A stretch of DNA of 64,000 nt from Mytilus californianus. Lineage: Eukaryota. Location of the stretch: positions 43,586,001 to 43,650,000 of the forward strand of contig NW_026262593.1 in assembly GCF_021869535.1 (NCBI RefSeq). The letters run 5' to 3'. Shown in pieces: positions 1 through 13,300 of the stretch. Position 1 is the first letter of the stretch. Every line of letters starts with the position of its first letter. The translations under genes were made by a program, and so were the position numbers. The notes beneath the pieces are model-generated. The model had not been told where the DNA came from. It searched no databases and saw only the letters and a list, made by a program, of their open reading frames with translations.

Positions 1-935
1 CATCAAAAAGCAGGGTACATAACTTATAATCACCATAATAGAATACTATAAAATTATATGAGAGAAAACTAATTGTTTTCAGATTTCATTTTCCAAAAAA
101 AAGATGCAAAAGGGGAAGGCAATTTCTAGTTTCGAGCTTTTATGTACATATACAATTGCAGCAATATAAGATGAAGAACAGTTCTTTATAAGCTTATCAA
201 TGCCAATCGCATTAACGGAATGAAATAAAACATGATATTATTGGTACGTCAGAGGCTTGATTTACCTTCATAAGGAACGATCAAACCCAGACATGTTAAA
301 AGCCAGTGATGTATAAATTGTCGAATGCAATACTTAAGGAACTATATCCTAAACTGACCAAAAAAAGGAATAGCTAAACTCATCTAAGGTCAACTTTGAC
401 TTTCTTAGTTTCTTAAAAATATCTAAATTTATTAAAGGGAATTACAAAAGATATGTCGTTAATGACGTTAGTCCATTAAATGTTTGAATTAATTGATATG
501 ATCTTATCAGCCATAAAACGAATCGATCAACATGTGCAATACTGATGACGTCATCATGTTGATATTTATGCAGCTTGTTGTCCCGGTTCCATAGATAGAA
601 AACAAATCCGTACAGGCTAATACAGCATATATACTTTCGGTTGCAATTAATTACGTCTCCAAGGTGTTTGACATCTTTTGAATCACAAGGTTAATTTTAG
701 TCATAAATTATGTTCTATATTTTGTTACGATTTGTTTATGTTGGAATTATTTCACAGACTTTCCCAGAAGAACTTTCGATTAATATCAGTTCCATTTTAG
801 TAAACCGACCACTAGAACGTAGAAGATATTTAAGAATTAAGTGGTTAAAGTCTGTTCATTATCAGCTAGCAATACTACTTGTAATAGTTAAGCAATGTGT
901 TTTTTTTACTGAACACATGCTTAATCAATACCTAC

Positions 936-3900
936 ACCATGAAGAACATTATCTATTTCCTCGATACATTTGTCTTGGACATCTTGGTTAGTTGCTAGAC
1001 AATAACAGGCAAAGGATAAGGTATTAGCTGTTGTGTCATAACCAGCAATGAAAAAAGTCACAGCATTTTCTATCAATTCCATATTGTTTAATCCTGTAAA
1101 AAATATTATTACACTGCGTGAGTTTTCACAGGTTCTGAATCGAATACATATTTACTTACAACAAATGTAATATTAAGAAACAGAAAAAGAAAGCTTCTAT
1201 ATTAATTAATTTGAATCACATTATAACGTAATTCGAATATATCGGAATTTTGCATTTAAGAGAACAAATTCAAGAAGACTGGTAAGAACATTCGTATCAT
1301 CTAGAATTTTTGAGGCATTTCCTACGATTTTGACAATAGTTGCAAAGAGGATCAAAGTATGTTTTTGTTTATGTTTCAAACAAATACAAGAAGGGAATAT
1401 TGAATAGTAATCCGTTATAAGCAGTCAGTGCGGGTAATTTTCATCAAAGAATGATCTTTTTTTTTGTATACAGATACAACATGTTTTAACAAGAAACCAA
1501 ACTACAAGGTCAACGCAAAGAGGCGGGAAGTCTATAAAACCTGACAAAACCATAGATGATTTACATCATTCTTTTTTAGTCTATGATAACATCAAATAGA
1601 ACAAGAAAACTCGCCAATATACTATTATTAAGCTATTTTTACAAACGCTTACTTCCGATTTTGTATTTATGTTTCTATCGGGGTTACATGCACATCCGCA
1701 ATCTTTGGGATGATGTCGATTGTTCATTAGGTGGCGTCTTATTCCAACAAGCGCATGAAACGCTCATTCTTTTGATCGATAAATGTACTGTTTATTGTTT
1801 CCTATAGAACTTTTGTAATCCGGATATTCTTTTCAGTATGTTAAAAATCTATTTTGAGGCTTAAGATATAATCGCTGGTACTGAATTTCGTAGCTACAAA
1901 TGTAATGCCGCTTTAAGTTCACTCAAAAGGATTTAGACATATGTCTTATTGCTGATGTGGGTATTGCTTATTAAAGAACAAGAAATTGAACGTAATGTTT
2001 GTCAAAGTATACATGCATTCGTTATTTGACATCGACGAAAAATTCCATGTTCTAAGAATATACTATAAAGCGTCATCGAACAGAAGAAAGTGGCAACCCA
2101 ACAGTTAACAGTAGCTTACAACTCATGATATCATGTACCAGATTAGATATCAAAACATTCATCCTTAATACAGAAGCTGGGTAATCCTATCAAATTCCAT
2201 GTCCAGTGGGTTTGAACAAAATTAAAATTATCGACAAATAGGAAGTAACTGCCTAACACATCCGAACATGACTAACACCATACAACTTAACATTATAAGC
2301 TTCCAGACGAAATTTCAAAGCATATTGTAGCGATGAATTCCATTCTCGCTAGGTAAAACAGAAATAAACCAAAGAGAGGCGAAAGATATCAAAGGGACAT
2401 TCAAACTCATAAGTAGAAAATAAACTGACAACAGACAAACAATAGTACACAAAAAACAACATAGAAAATTAAAGACTGAGCAACACGTACCCCACCAAAA
2501 ACTGGGGGTGATCTCAGGTGCTCCGGAAGGGTAAGCAGACCCTGTTCCACATGTTGCGCCCGTCGTGTTGCTCATGCTAGTACAAACCCGGTAATAAGTC
2601 TAATTCGGTAGGTCACTGTCGGGAAATGGAGGCGGGATTGTAGTTACGACATTAGGAATATATCCGCTATCATCTGTGAAACGAATATTTCATAACGGTC
2701 AACCAACTCGTAATGGCGTCCGTAAAATTTACGAAGGGATGATTTCAACTTCACCACTTAGTACACTTGGTATAATAGCTTCTTTGTGAGCAGCAACCTT
2801 CTATCAAGGAAATCATGATAGGAAATACAAGCCCTGGAATATCGTATCAACTGGGAGATATATTCTCCGTATGCAGGCGCTGCTGGAATGTTGCTACATA
2901 GAAATGGAAAGTTCACATTAGGGAAGCTGAAATTATCTCTTTTGTCGTAAAGCTTTGTTTTCCACCGACCCTCATTACTAATTTTTAGATGTAAGTCAAG
3001 TCAAAGTATCATCAAACAGGATGTCACTGCCCAACAGATATGAAAATCGTATTGCCTCACATCATTATTAAATTCCAGATTAAATATCAGATCAGTCTTT
3101 AAGACAGAAACTGATTTTTCTGTAACAAAAACATGTAGGGACACTAGGACGGAAGGAAAATGCCATTACAATACCCCATCCATTTTGTGAGTGGGTGCAT
3201 TATTTAAAAAAGGCTCAACGAGCCTTACCTCTGTTTTTGAACTCTTTCAGATCACCTGTCGTAAAGTACGCAGACGGATTTTCATCACGGCGAGCTGTTA
3301 CCATCAGCTGCAGAAAATCGTTGTAAACCTAAAAAACATAAAAACAATTGTTCAGAGAATTATTGAAGTATTTTCGCCGTATAAATCATAATATTTAACA
3401 AAAAGAAGAAGAAAAGATATGCAAAAGATTACGCTGAAATAAATGAGTGGGTAACAATGTTAAGTGTATGAGTTAAATTTAACACACCTCTTGTCCTTTT
3501 TTTCTTATTTCAATTGCAGAATCTACAACCGATTTAAAGAACTCTCCAACTTCTTTACCCGCAAAACGCACCGTGAACCAATTTTTCACAAACGGAAACA
3601 TCACTGAAATGAAAAATATATACATGCCATACAAACATTATAACAGACTGAAAATGATCAAATCGAAAGGCAAACATTTGTTTGAAGTGTGCTAAATAAA
3701 AAAAAACTAAACACGAAAATATAATTAAATCGAAATGCATGTCTTATAAAACGATAGAACTTTAAAATGTGCATGCTTTTTGTAGTGATACTTTTGTGCA
3801 CTTTTTATGGTATTTTTTTCTGTGTTATTTGATAATTTTCATTTAAAAGTTCAAGCAAAAATACAACAAAAGCTATGATTTATATGCACACAAAATGTGT

Positions 3901-6900
3901 TTCTAGAATAACTTCTTCAGGTACACTCGTTACCATATTTTAATAGGGTCAAACTATAAACGCTTGAGAGCATGAAAACAAACATTGCTAAAGTACAGAA
4001 GACTACCCGTCGAACGTCAACTTTCCTTTGGATAGTGGCAACCTTAGTTTTGGTAAAATTTCATAGTTTTATCAAATGCAAATGTATCTTGTATATATCG
4101 ATATCGAAACAATGTCTAAAGGGCGGATAGTACTATAGGAAACTACAAATAAGGTTTAATTTGCTAATTTAGCATTTAGAAATCTGGAATATTCTGGACA
4201 ATACTGTTCATAATACAATACATACATATATAATAATTACAATCTGTAATACATGGAATGAACATCAACAGGTAAAGCCAAATACTAGAGACTGTTCTGG
4301 TCATCGAAAACAGAACAACCACATAGCTCAAGGACAACTTTTACTAAGTTTGTTGAAATTTGTACGCGATACATTTCAGTTAAAAATGCCTACTTTCGTA
4401 TGGTTTCGACTTTTACAAAGCTAACTTTTGCATATTTAAAATGATATACCGTAAACTAAAATGACTTACTTATGATAAGAAGTTGAGGTTTAAATATCAG
4501 TCCAAGAGCTGCTTGTTTTGCGTGCTTTACGAATGCGTTATTTGGATCTTTCTTTGAGTTAACGTCTATACCAAAGGCAGTACTAGCAATGACATCCATG
4601 GTGTAAGCTCCACATACTCTAAAAACATTTTTAATAGATATCAACCTAACACTTGACAAATGTGAGTCTTTACTGTTGTTTTTCACCTCTCGAAGCAAAC
4701 GTTTGCACCGCGGCATTACCGTCTTAATTCTAAAATAAGGAAAGCTAGACCTGTCCTCGCGCTAATTCAATCGCTACAAAAGTAAAACAAAATGCGTTTT
4801 GTCCGTTTCTGATGCTAATCATTATATTCGAACTAATTTTAAAAGGAACATTTAAATAGGCTTGACGGATTCAAACAAGGACAATCATAATATAATGTTT
4901 CCCTCGGTTTTAGTTTGTTACCCGGATTTGATTTTGCTTAATCGAATTATGACTATTGAACAGCGGTATACTACTTTTATCTTTATTTATAATATAGACC
5001 GACTACAGTGGCGAATCAAGGGGGTCCAGTGGTTTACCCCCCCCCCCCCCCCCCCCTTCCCAACCCACCACCCCTTTTTTGATTGACAAGTGATCCTTTT
5101 GTGTGATTAATAAGCTAAAGCCTTAAATAGACTTTGAACATGTACAATGAATTTTTTTAAAATGAACAGATCTATGAAATCTCTACCACAACCGTATGTA
5201 TACATGTTATTTAAAAATGTAGAGCAAAACATGTAAGGGAACAAATTAAGATTAAACAAAACAAATGTTATGGAATAATTTTCAAATCTAAGACCTTACG
5301 AATACCTGGTCATTAGGAAAATATGTATTATGTTTTAACCAAAATGAATTTGAATGTTGTACAGAAAACAGGGCTGTAGAGAGGATTTTCTTATGTACTG
5401 GTCACCTTTCCTTTAATGAAAGCATGTCTTACTCTTTCATGTCAACTAGTTCTCCTTGTTCACTGTGTTGTTCAATGTTTTCAACAAGATCAGTGCAACA
5501 CCTTTGTATTTTTGGGACCATCTGAAATATTAAAAGTACAATCTTCAATTGTCGGTGTTTTTTTTTAATATATGACACATATATACTAATCTGAAATCTG
5601 TATTTGTAGATGAGTACTGCGATTATTAGAATTAAGAACATGCATTTTTCGAAGGACCAGGAATAATGAGACCTGGATACAATCTCATCTATATAAGATT
5701 TTTATCTTATTTGACAATTGTATAATTTAATGATACTATCAATTTCATAAATTAAGAAAACTGCTGTTTATTGAAACACATTTAATCGGATATATCTGCG
5801 TCTCAACTTACTCGCAACATGTGTTCGCAGTCATAGATTTTTCGATACCAGAATAGTCGTATAATCTATGAAATAATCTATTGTATTACCAAATTAAACC
5901 ATTACCAGTTTTAATTTCCCGGATGAAAAGGTAGGGGATATTGTACTGCGGAGAAATTTCCAATGATTATCATAGGCAGCACCAACACCACAAGCATTCT
6001 CTTTGGCCATTTTAAATGGAATCTGAAAACAAAAACAGGACTAGTAATATAGATATTTTCATTCTGATTCATACGTTTTATAGTGATAGAATAAATAATA
6101 TCTTATATAATTTGTATGTCTCTTTTTTCTTATATACCTCTTTACGTGTTTCAGTTTTTATACAGACTTTCAAAGGTTTGGCTTGGAGTGTTTCTGATAA
6201 TGAAAAATACAGAAAAGCGTTTCGGAAGCATAAAATTTATAAAATAATATTTCGACAATAAATGAGAAACAACTATGGCAGATAGCAACCAAGGGCAACC
6301 ACTGAATTTCTCGTTTTAGGACCTTCAAATCTGTATATCAGTTGTTTACATGCATCATAACACGGCAAAATTAATTTTTGTCTAACAATACCTCTAAATA
6401 ATAATCGCTGATTGGTAGAGAAATTGACCAGAAATAAAATGTTGCGATTCTTTATATGTATTGGTTGTTTTCTCTTTCAAACACATCCCACTTCTTTTGC
6501 TTATTTTAAAATTCTACAACTGTATGTCCTGATGTTTTTCACATCCTCTCATCATTAATGTTTTGAAGCTTATATCAAAACGTTATTTGGAGTTTGGTCC
6601 CGTTTTCCTTTCAAAAACATTCACAATTTGTCTTCATGTGAAGCCTGTTTGCCTGTTATCAGACCACCAAAGTCATTTGCTTATAGGTTTTATCTAGGCA
6701 TTTATATATATATATATATAATTATGGCTTCCTTAAATCGACAAATATTTTATCGTTTTCGTCGAGAAATTGTTTGTCGTACACCTCATTGTTTCTCAAA
6801 TGATTCAATAATTCACGTCCAATTGCTTTACTCTTCTTGCTAAGCCTAGCTTTACCTCTGAACATAAAGTTGAAGGTGAATATAGAAAGACGCATCCTAC

Positions 6901-9900
6901 AAAGAGTTTTGCTTTTATCAGAATATGATATCAAACTTACCGATCTATTTGTAAAATTTGAGAAGTCTTTAATGAAAATCTCCTTCAACATTTCTGGATC
7001 AGATACTAACAAAATTGGCAAGTGACCTTGATATATTCTGAAAAATTATAGTACAAATCTTACAGAAAGACTCAACTCGTGATTGGTTTCATATTTGTTT
7101 GATGTTTATAAAAGATCAAAGGAAGAGGCTTACTCATGAACATTTTAAAAATATAACTTACAATAATTTTCAATTGTACGATTATTTGTGAAAAAAAGTC
7201 ATAGGTCTGCATGTGTATGTATAAATCTTATTTAAATATGTGATATCTAAAAATATTTATGAATTTCGCTTCATTTGAAAGTTACTTCTGAAATATAGAT
7301 ACGTTTTATAATCTAAAAAAGGCGAAAGATTCTAAAGGCTAATCAAAATTCACAAGTCGAAGAGAAACCGACGGCAAAAAAAAAAGAGGGGCGAAAGATA
7401 CCAGAGGGACATTCAAACTCATAAATCGAAAATAAATTGACAAAGCCATGGCTAAAAAAGAAAAAGACAAACAGACAAACAATAAAACACAAAACACAAC
7501 ATAGAAAACTAGACTAAGCAACACGAACCCCACCAAAAACTGGGGGTGATCTCAGGTGCCGTGGAAGGGTAAGCAGATCCTGCTCCACATGTGGCACCCG
7601 TCGTGTTGCTCATGACAACGATCAGACTACACTACGCTACATAGATACTTAAGACTAAACATCATGAACCTCATAAAAAACTGAGGGTGGTCTAAGGTGA
7701 CCCGAAAGGGTAAGTAGCTACAGACCACTATTTGGATTAATGGTGGTCTAAGGTGACCCCAAAGGGTTACTTGTTACAGCACACTTTTTGGATTGAGGGT
7801 GGTCTAAGGTGACCCGAAAGGGTAACTAGTTACAGCACACTTTTTGGATTGAAAGTGGTATAAGGTGATCCGAAAGGGTAAGTAGCTACAGGACACTATT
7901 TTGATTAAGGGTGGTCTAAGGTGACCCGAAAGGATAACTAGTTACAGCACACTTGTTGGATTGTTGGTGGTCTAAGGTGACCCGAAAGGGTAAGTATCTA
8001 CAGCACACTATTTTGATTGGGGGTGGTCTAAGGTGACCTGAAAGGTAACTAGCTACAGTACACCTTTTGGATTGAAGGTGGTCTAAGGTGACCCGAAAGG
8101 GTAAGTAGCTACAACACACTATTTGGATTAAGCGTGGTCTAAGGTGACCCAAAAGGGTAACTAGTAACAGCACACTTTTTGGATTGAAGGTGGTCTAAGA
8201 TGATCTAAAAGGGTAAGTAGCTACGGCACACTATTTTAATTGAGGGTGGTCTATGGTGACCCGAAAGGGTAACTAGTTACAGCACACTTTTAGGATTGAA
8301 GGTGGTCTAAAAGAGGGACGAAAGATACCAGAGGGACAGTCAAATTCATAGACCGAAAACAAACTGACAACGCCATGGCCAAAAATAAAAAGACAAACAG
8401 ACAAATAATAGTACAGATGACACAACATAGAAAACTAAAGACTAAGCTACACGAACCCCACCAAAAACTAGGGGTGATCTCAGGTGCTCCGGAAGGGTAA
8501 GCAGATCCTGCTCCACATGTGGCACCCGTCGTGTTGCTTATGTTATTACAAATCCGGTAAATAGTCTTATTCGGTAAATCACATTCGTGAAAAGGGAAGG
8601 GTATTGTAGTTACGACATTAGGAATATATCCGATATCATCTGTGAAACGGTTATTCCATAGCGGTCAAACAACTCGTGATGGCGTCCGTAAGGTGACCCG
8701 AAAGGGTAAGTAGCTACAGCACACTATTTTGATTGAGAGTGGTCTAAGGTGACCCGAAAGGTAACTAGCTACAGTACACTTTTTGGATTGAAGGTGGTCT
8801 AAGGTGACCCGAAAAGGTAAGTAGCTACAGCACACTATTTGGATTGAGGGTGGTCTAAGGTGACCCGAAAGGGTAAGTAGCTTCTACACACTATTTGGAT
8901 TAAAGATGGCCTAAGGTGACCCGAAAAGGTAAGTAGCTACAGCAAACTATTTTGATTGAGAGTGGTCTAAGCTGACCCGAAAGGGTAAGTAACTACACCA
9001 CACTATTTGAATTCTGTCGTGTAACTCATTGTTGGTACAAATGCGTTTATACGTGTCATTCGGTAATGCCCAATCTCAGAAAAGAAGATGGAATTATGGC
9101 TACGACATTTTAAACATATATGTTGTCATCTGTTTCATTGATATTTCATACAGTAAACAAAATCATGAAGGCATCAGTAAATTTTCGACTGGATGAATTA
9201 AAGTTTACCACTAGAGACCCATAGTTCAAAGCTTCATAGTAAGCAGCATATCTCTTTCAAGGAAATCATCATAGGAAACTCGAGGTCTGGAATATCGTAT
9301 CCGATTAAAGATATGTACAGCATATGCAGTCTCTGCTGGAATGTTGCTACACAGAAATTGAAATTTCAAAATTGGAAAGCTTAACTTATCTCTTGTCCTA
9401 AACGTTTGTTCTCAACCGAACCTCAAGGTAACATTCCGGATTACTTTGGCAATTTATAAATAACCTATCATGCTATTTCTAGATAATAAAAGGGTATTAT
9501 AAGGCATATCAACCTTCAGTTTTATCATCAATTGAGTATCTACAAGGTTAGAGATTATACACAAAAAAGAAACTTACCCCACAACAGATCCATACGTTTT
9601 AACTAATTGTAGGTCTCCTTTTGCTATTCCCTATAAAATTAACAATCATGAAAGAAAAATTTTGAGTGAAATAATTTCGATTATGGCACAAAAAAAGTTT
9701 GGGTTTACTGTTTCATTTTGTTTTCAAACTAAACTTGATTTTTAAGAACTAGGAAATATCCTTCTCAACCAAGGCCAATGTAAATATTTTAATAAACTGA
9801 ATTTGGTATCCAGCAACAATGTATATTCTTTTATATGTGTTGACCGATTTACACCCAACACCTGTTGTATACAAACAAATACTTCAGCAAAAACGGTGTT

Positions 9901-11575
9901 AGATTCAGAGAGGAATTGATCAATTCATGTCTTAATATCACTTGTTTTCTTAGGGTATTGTATTCAGAACTTTCACGTTTTAATCGATGGAGTGAAGTTT
10001 TCTAGCTGTCTAAACGGTATGTTTTTTCCCCTCTTTGTTTAGCGAGGCCAAACGGTGACCTCCATGCCATTTCGACTCGGGTTGATTGTTTTCTTATTGA
10101 CAATCCTACCACATCTCATTATTTTTATCTAAATATAATAACATTTTATTAGAAATTATTATATATTGGGCATACTGAATATCTATCGAGTCCGTGTGTG
10201 TGATTGTGTGTGAACATATTTTAAGTCACTTGCAGTAGGAGAGTGCCAGATTTTCAAGTCCGCCAATACATTTTGAAAGTTCTTATTAAACCTTTTTAGA
10301 GCATAGAGAAGCTCTTCGTGGCTAATCATTTATTAGCACATACCTTTTTTTTTCTTGTGGACTTCTTGGTCCTTTTTCTTTCTTTTGTACTTCTATTGCT
10401 ATTGAAAATCATATTCTTTTTTTTATCTTGTTTGTTGTTGTTTCTAATTTCTTTTTGTGCAATATGTCTCTCTATATCTCTGATGACTATCGTTCTCATA
10501 TTGTATTCAAAACAAAATTTCATGACCAATAAATGATGAAAAAATAATAATTACATGCTTCATATAAAGAGGTAGGACGCCCAGGAAAGGTATCGGTTTC
10601 GGTCCTGGAATACCCAATCGCCTCCAAAGGCTTTGATACCATAACGAATACCTATAAATACCAATTACAATTTAACATATATAGATAACAACAATTTTGT
10701 CTTGTCAAGAGACAGATAGAATCAGATCCAGTTGATTTATGCTGGTTATTAAAAACATATTAGATTTAAATCTTGCATGTAAGAATTGTTTTAGAAATTA
10801 GGGCAATTTTAAGATAATATCCGGTAAATTTTGAATTTACCCTAAATTTCAGAATCAAATATTGTCCGTACTCCTTTATATACTAGTATCCAATGACGCA
10901 ATCAGATGGTTTAAATTTATTATTATAGATTTATTCATTTATTTGGCCTCTTTGAATATTGCAAATAAAATGAATGAATAGTGCAACGTGCAGTTTCGTA
11001 GCTCAGCTGTTATTTTGCATTTTTCAGCTCCAGTAAGTACACGCCCATGCACTATTTAATGGTATAAGGTGGTTATGACTGAGTCAAGCAAAGTATTACA
11101 AAGTTACAATTATGGCTTTCTGTTGATGCTGTCCTAACATCGATCAGTAAAATTTATAAAATGTCCGAAATGACATGATAGTAAAAAAAACACATGGTGT
11201 TAAAGGCCGTACGTTGCCTATAATTGCTTACATCCACTTCATTTGAACTCTGGTGGATATTTGTCTCATTGGCAATCATACCACATCTCCTTATGTTTAA
11301 CGTCAATGTGACACATGAAGCAAAAATGCACACATTAAGGTCATTTCACCGTCCTTGACAATGACACAAGAGTACACGCAATTTAACTAGCTCTAAATAT
11401 ATTTTACACATATTGATATTCGTCTATGTGGAAATTACAAATGAAATGATCTATAACATAAACATGTATTTCTAATCATTGGGTAAAGCATGCGTACTCA
11501 CAAATATAAAGTAATGAGAACGATGATTACTGTCAGAACCCATCCTGGTACGGTAATGAATCCAAGAATATCCAT
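936..11575 (-). CDS. CYP3A-like: Cytochrome P450, clan 3 (CYP3A-like), exons 1-10; remaining exons lie left of the window
   Basis: Hand-spliced exons with GT-AG junctions and consistent phases: 11575-11502 (MDILGFITVPGWVLTVIIVLITLYL anchor), 10651-10555 (LGIPGPKPIPFLG proline hinge), 9630-9578, 7037-6941 (LVSDPEMLKEIFIKDFSNFTNR), 6022-5906 (WKFLRSTISPTFSSGKLK, C-helix WxxxR), 5521-5433, 4618-4470 (YTMDVIASTAFGIDVNS), 3603-3488, 3328-3229 (DFLQLM), 1093-936 (FFIAGYDTT, I-helix). The ExxR and heme-Cys exons were not found in the window. Confidence 0.95.
2370..3000 (-). mobile_element. Penelope-like retroelement 3' fragment in CYP intron 9
   Basis: Reverse complement encodes LDLHLKISNEGR...FPFLCSNIPAAPAYGEYISQLIRYSRAC, followed by the same tail as the elements at 14.6 and 27.6 kb. 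Confidence 0.8.
7320..7615 (-). mobile_element. Penelope-like element 3' tail fragment
   Basis: GAAAGATACCAGAGGGACATTCAAACTC...GGGGGTGATCTCAGGTG...GGTAAGCAGATCCTGCTCCACATGTGGCACCCGTCGTG matches the tail of the RT-bearing copies. Confidence 0.7.
7683..9005. repeat. 56-bp minisatellite (about 17 units) in CYP intron 3, interrupted by a PLE insertion
   Basis: Unit GGTGGTCTAAGGTGACCCGAAAGGGTAA(G/C)TAG(C/T)TACAGCACACT(A/T)TTT(G/T)GATTGA, with two variants alternating in the left part. Confidence 0.95.
8311..8691 (-). mobile_element. Penelope-like 3' fragment inserted into the 56-bp minisatellite
   Basis: Splits one repeat unit exactly (GGTGGTCTAA | insert | GGTGACCCG); sequence matches the PLE tail and the end of the RT. 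Confidence 0.8.
9010..9425 (-). mobile_element. Older, decayed Penelope-like RT fragment
   Basis: CTGCTGGAATGTTGCTAC, GGAAATCATCATAGGAAA and TGGAATATCGTATC blocks are homologous to 2800-2960. Confidence 0.6.
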
Positions 11576-12171
11576 TTGCCTTCCGTCCACTTTCCTTACT
11601 GCAAAATATATTATTTATAGTATACCGTATATGACTATTTATAGTATACCGTCTATGTTTATCTATATGAATACAGATATAACCTTAAAAGGTAATCAGT
11701 TACAGGTAAGGAGATTTGAAGTAAATATATATGAAAATCACTGCTATATTTATCTCATTTGTCCTTAAAAAGCTAAAAAATATAGGTGAATTACAAATTT
11801 TTTAAAACTAAAGGCTTAATCTATATTTCTATCTTTCGAGGGTTCATATATCACGAATTGATATGATTAAATTGATATAATGGAAATTTTGATCATTAAA
11901 CCTGTGTAACTGTTCCAAACTAAATTTGCTACTCCCTCAGGCAAAGTTAACAATAGACGGGTTTCGTTATTCTGTATAGGGCCTTAATGTTTTCATGCTC
12001 TCGAAGAGATCCCATATGATTTTCAGGGCTTTTAACTACATAAAACTGTAAATCGAAATTGAACCAAACATTAACAATTATAACTGTTTTTAGATATTTT
12101 CCTCGATATCCTCTAGGCTTAATTGAATGATGTTTAATTGTTGTTTCGAACTACTAGTATTGTGAAATAGG

Positions 12172-12568
12172 TTGATTGATTGTTGGTTGCTTAAAGTCCA
12201 GTGTCAAATATTTCATGCATGTTCAGGACGAGAACAAATTAACAATAAATACAATAGGTAGGTGCTGTAATAGAGGCCGTTCGGAATAAAGGTCTGGGAA
12301 ATTTTGACTGCCACTGAAATATTAAGATATAATGGATAAGGACATAAATTTTGCCTTGCAACAGCAAAGAGTTGTTGCAAGGGTTTTTAACTTGCAGAGA
12401 GTCTGACGCTCTCTTTACACGAGACATCAAATTGAACGTCCCCATTCTTACAGGGCGTGGCTTGTACATCCCGCACCGTCAAACGGACACCCCACGGTAA
12501 GGGTTTTACTGCCGATCGGAAGAAGACCAATGTGACCATATTTCTATTCCCTCAATCACCCTCTGGAG
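12172..12568 (-). mobile_element. SINE-like insertion with 12-bp target-site duplication
   Basis: TTGTGAAATAGG at 12160-12171 and 12569-12580; (AATC)-type tandem tail on the minus strand. Duplicated at 24282-24685. Confidence 0.7.
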
Positions 12569-13195
12569 TTGTGAAATAGGTAGAACACTTTAACCGTGGT
12601 TTCATTTTATGCTGAAATGTACATAAATCCTGCAGAAGTTTATTAAATAACTTTTTGTTTGAAGTGGAAATTATTTTTACCTACATTAACTTGATTAACA
12701 AATTTTCAAGGTGTTTAAAATCATAAATTATCTGCTCTATAGAGTATTCAAAAGTTAGAATCATAACAATTTCGTCAAACTAAATGCACCGATATCTAAT
12801 TTTCTAAACTACTTATAAACTGTTATACTTCGCATGCTATGTGTGGTATAAACATGCATCATGAATCCATGTCAAAATGAAAATACAAAAAAAACTTTAC
12901 AAGCTTCACCATTTAAACAAATGTTATACAAACTTCTAACTTCATTTCAACAAGTCCGAATACATTATCTGATAATATAAAAATGCAAGGAATTGTTTGT
13001 TATGCAGTAAAATTAATACATGTTAAATTTGGAGTAGGGATGATCTCCCCTGTAATTGTTTCACTCACAAGGTCAAATTCTTGTTATTTCCTACGGATAT
13101 TTGAAAATTAGAGAGGGTATAGATGGAGAATTACAGAATAGTGTATGCAGGCAAATAAACAATAGAGAAAAAATAGCGCCAAAAATATGAAGAAA

Positions 13196-13300
13196 AGAGA
13201 ATAATGGAGTGCTATGATATAAAGAATAGAGAATAATGGAGTGCTATGATATAAAGAATAGAGAATAATGGAGTGCTATGATATAAAGAATAGAGAATTA
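13196..13300. repeat. 32-bp tandem repeat (3 copies here, 2 in unit 2 at about 25697-25770) inside a small MITE-like element
   Basis: AGAGAATAATGGAGTGCTATGATATAAAGAAT repeated; related sequence at about 45950-46140. Confidence 0.8.

Noticed and set aside
7916-8173. Repetitive 85-aa ORF
   Set aside because: Translation of the 56-bp minisatellite.
7683-9005. CRISPR-like look (conserved hairpin-containing repeat with GAAA and variable intervening sequence)
   Set aside because: The intervening parts are near-identical variants rather than unique spacers, there are no cas genes, and the array sits in a eukaryotic intron.
10318-10536. Hydrophobic and Lys-rich antisense ORF pair
   Set aside because: Low-complexity T-rich intron sequence of the P450 gene.
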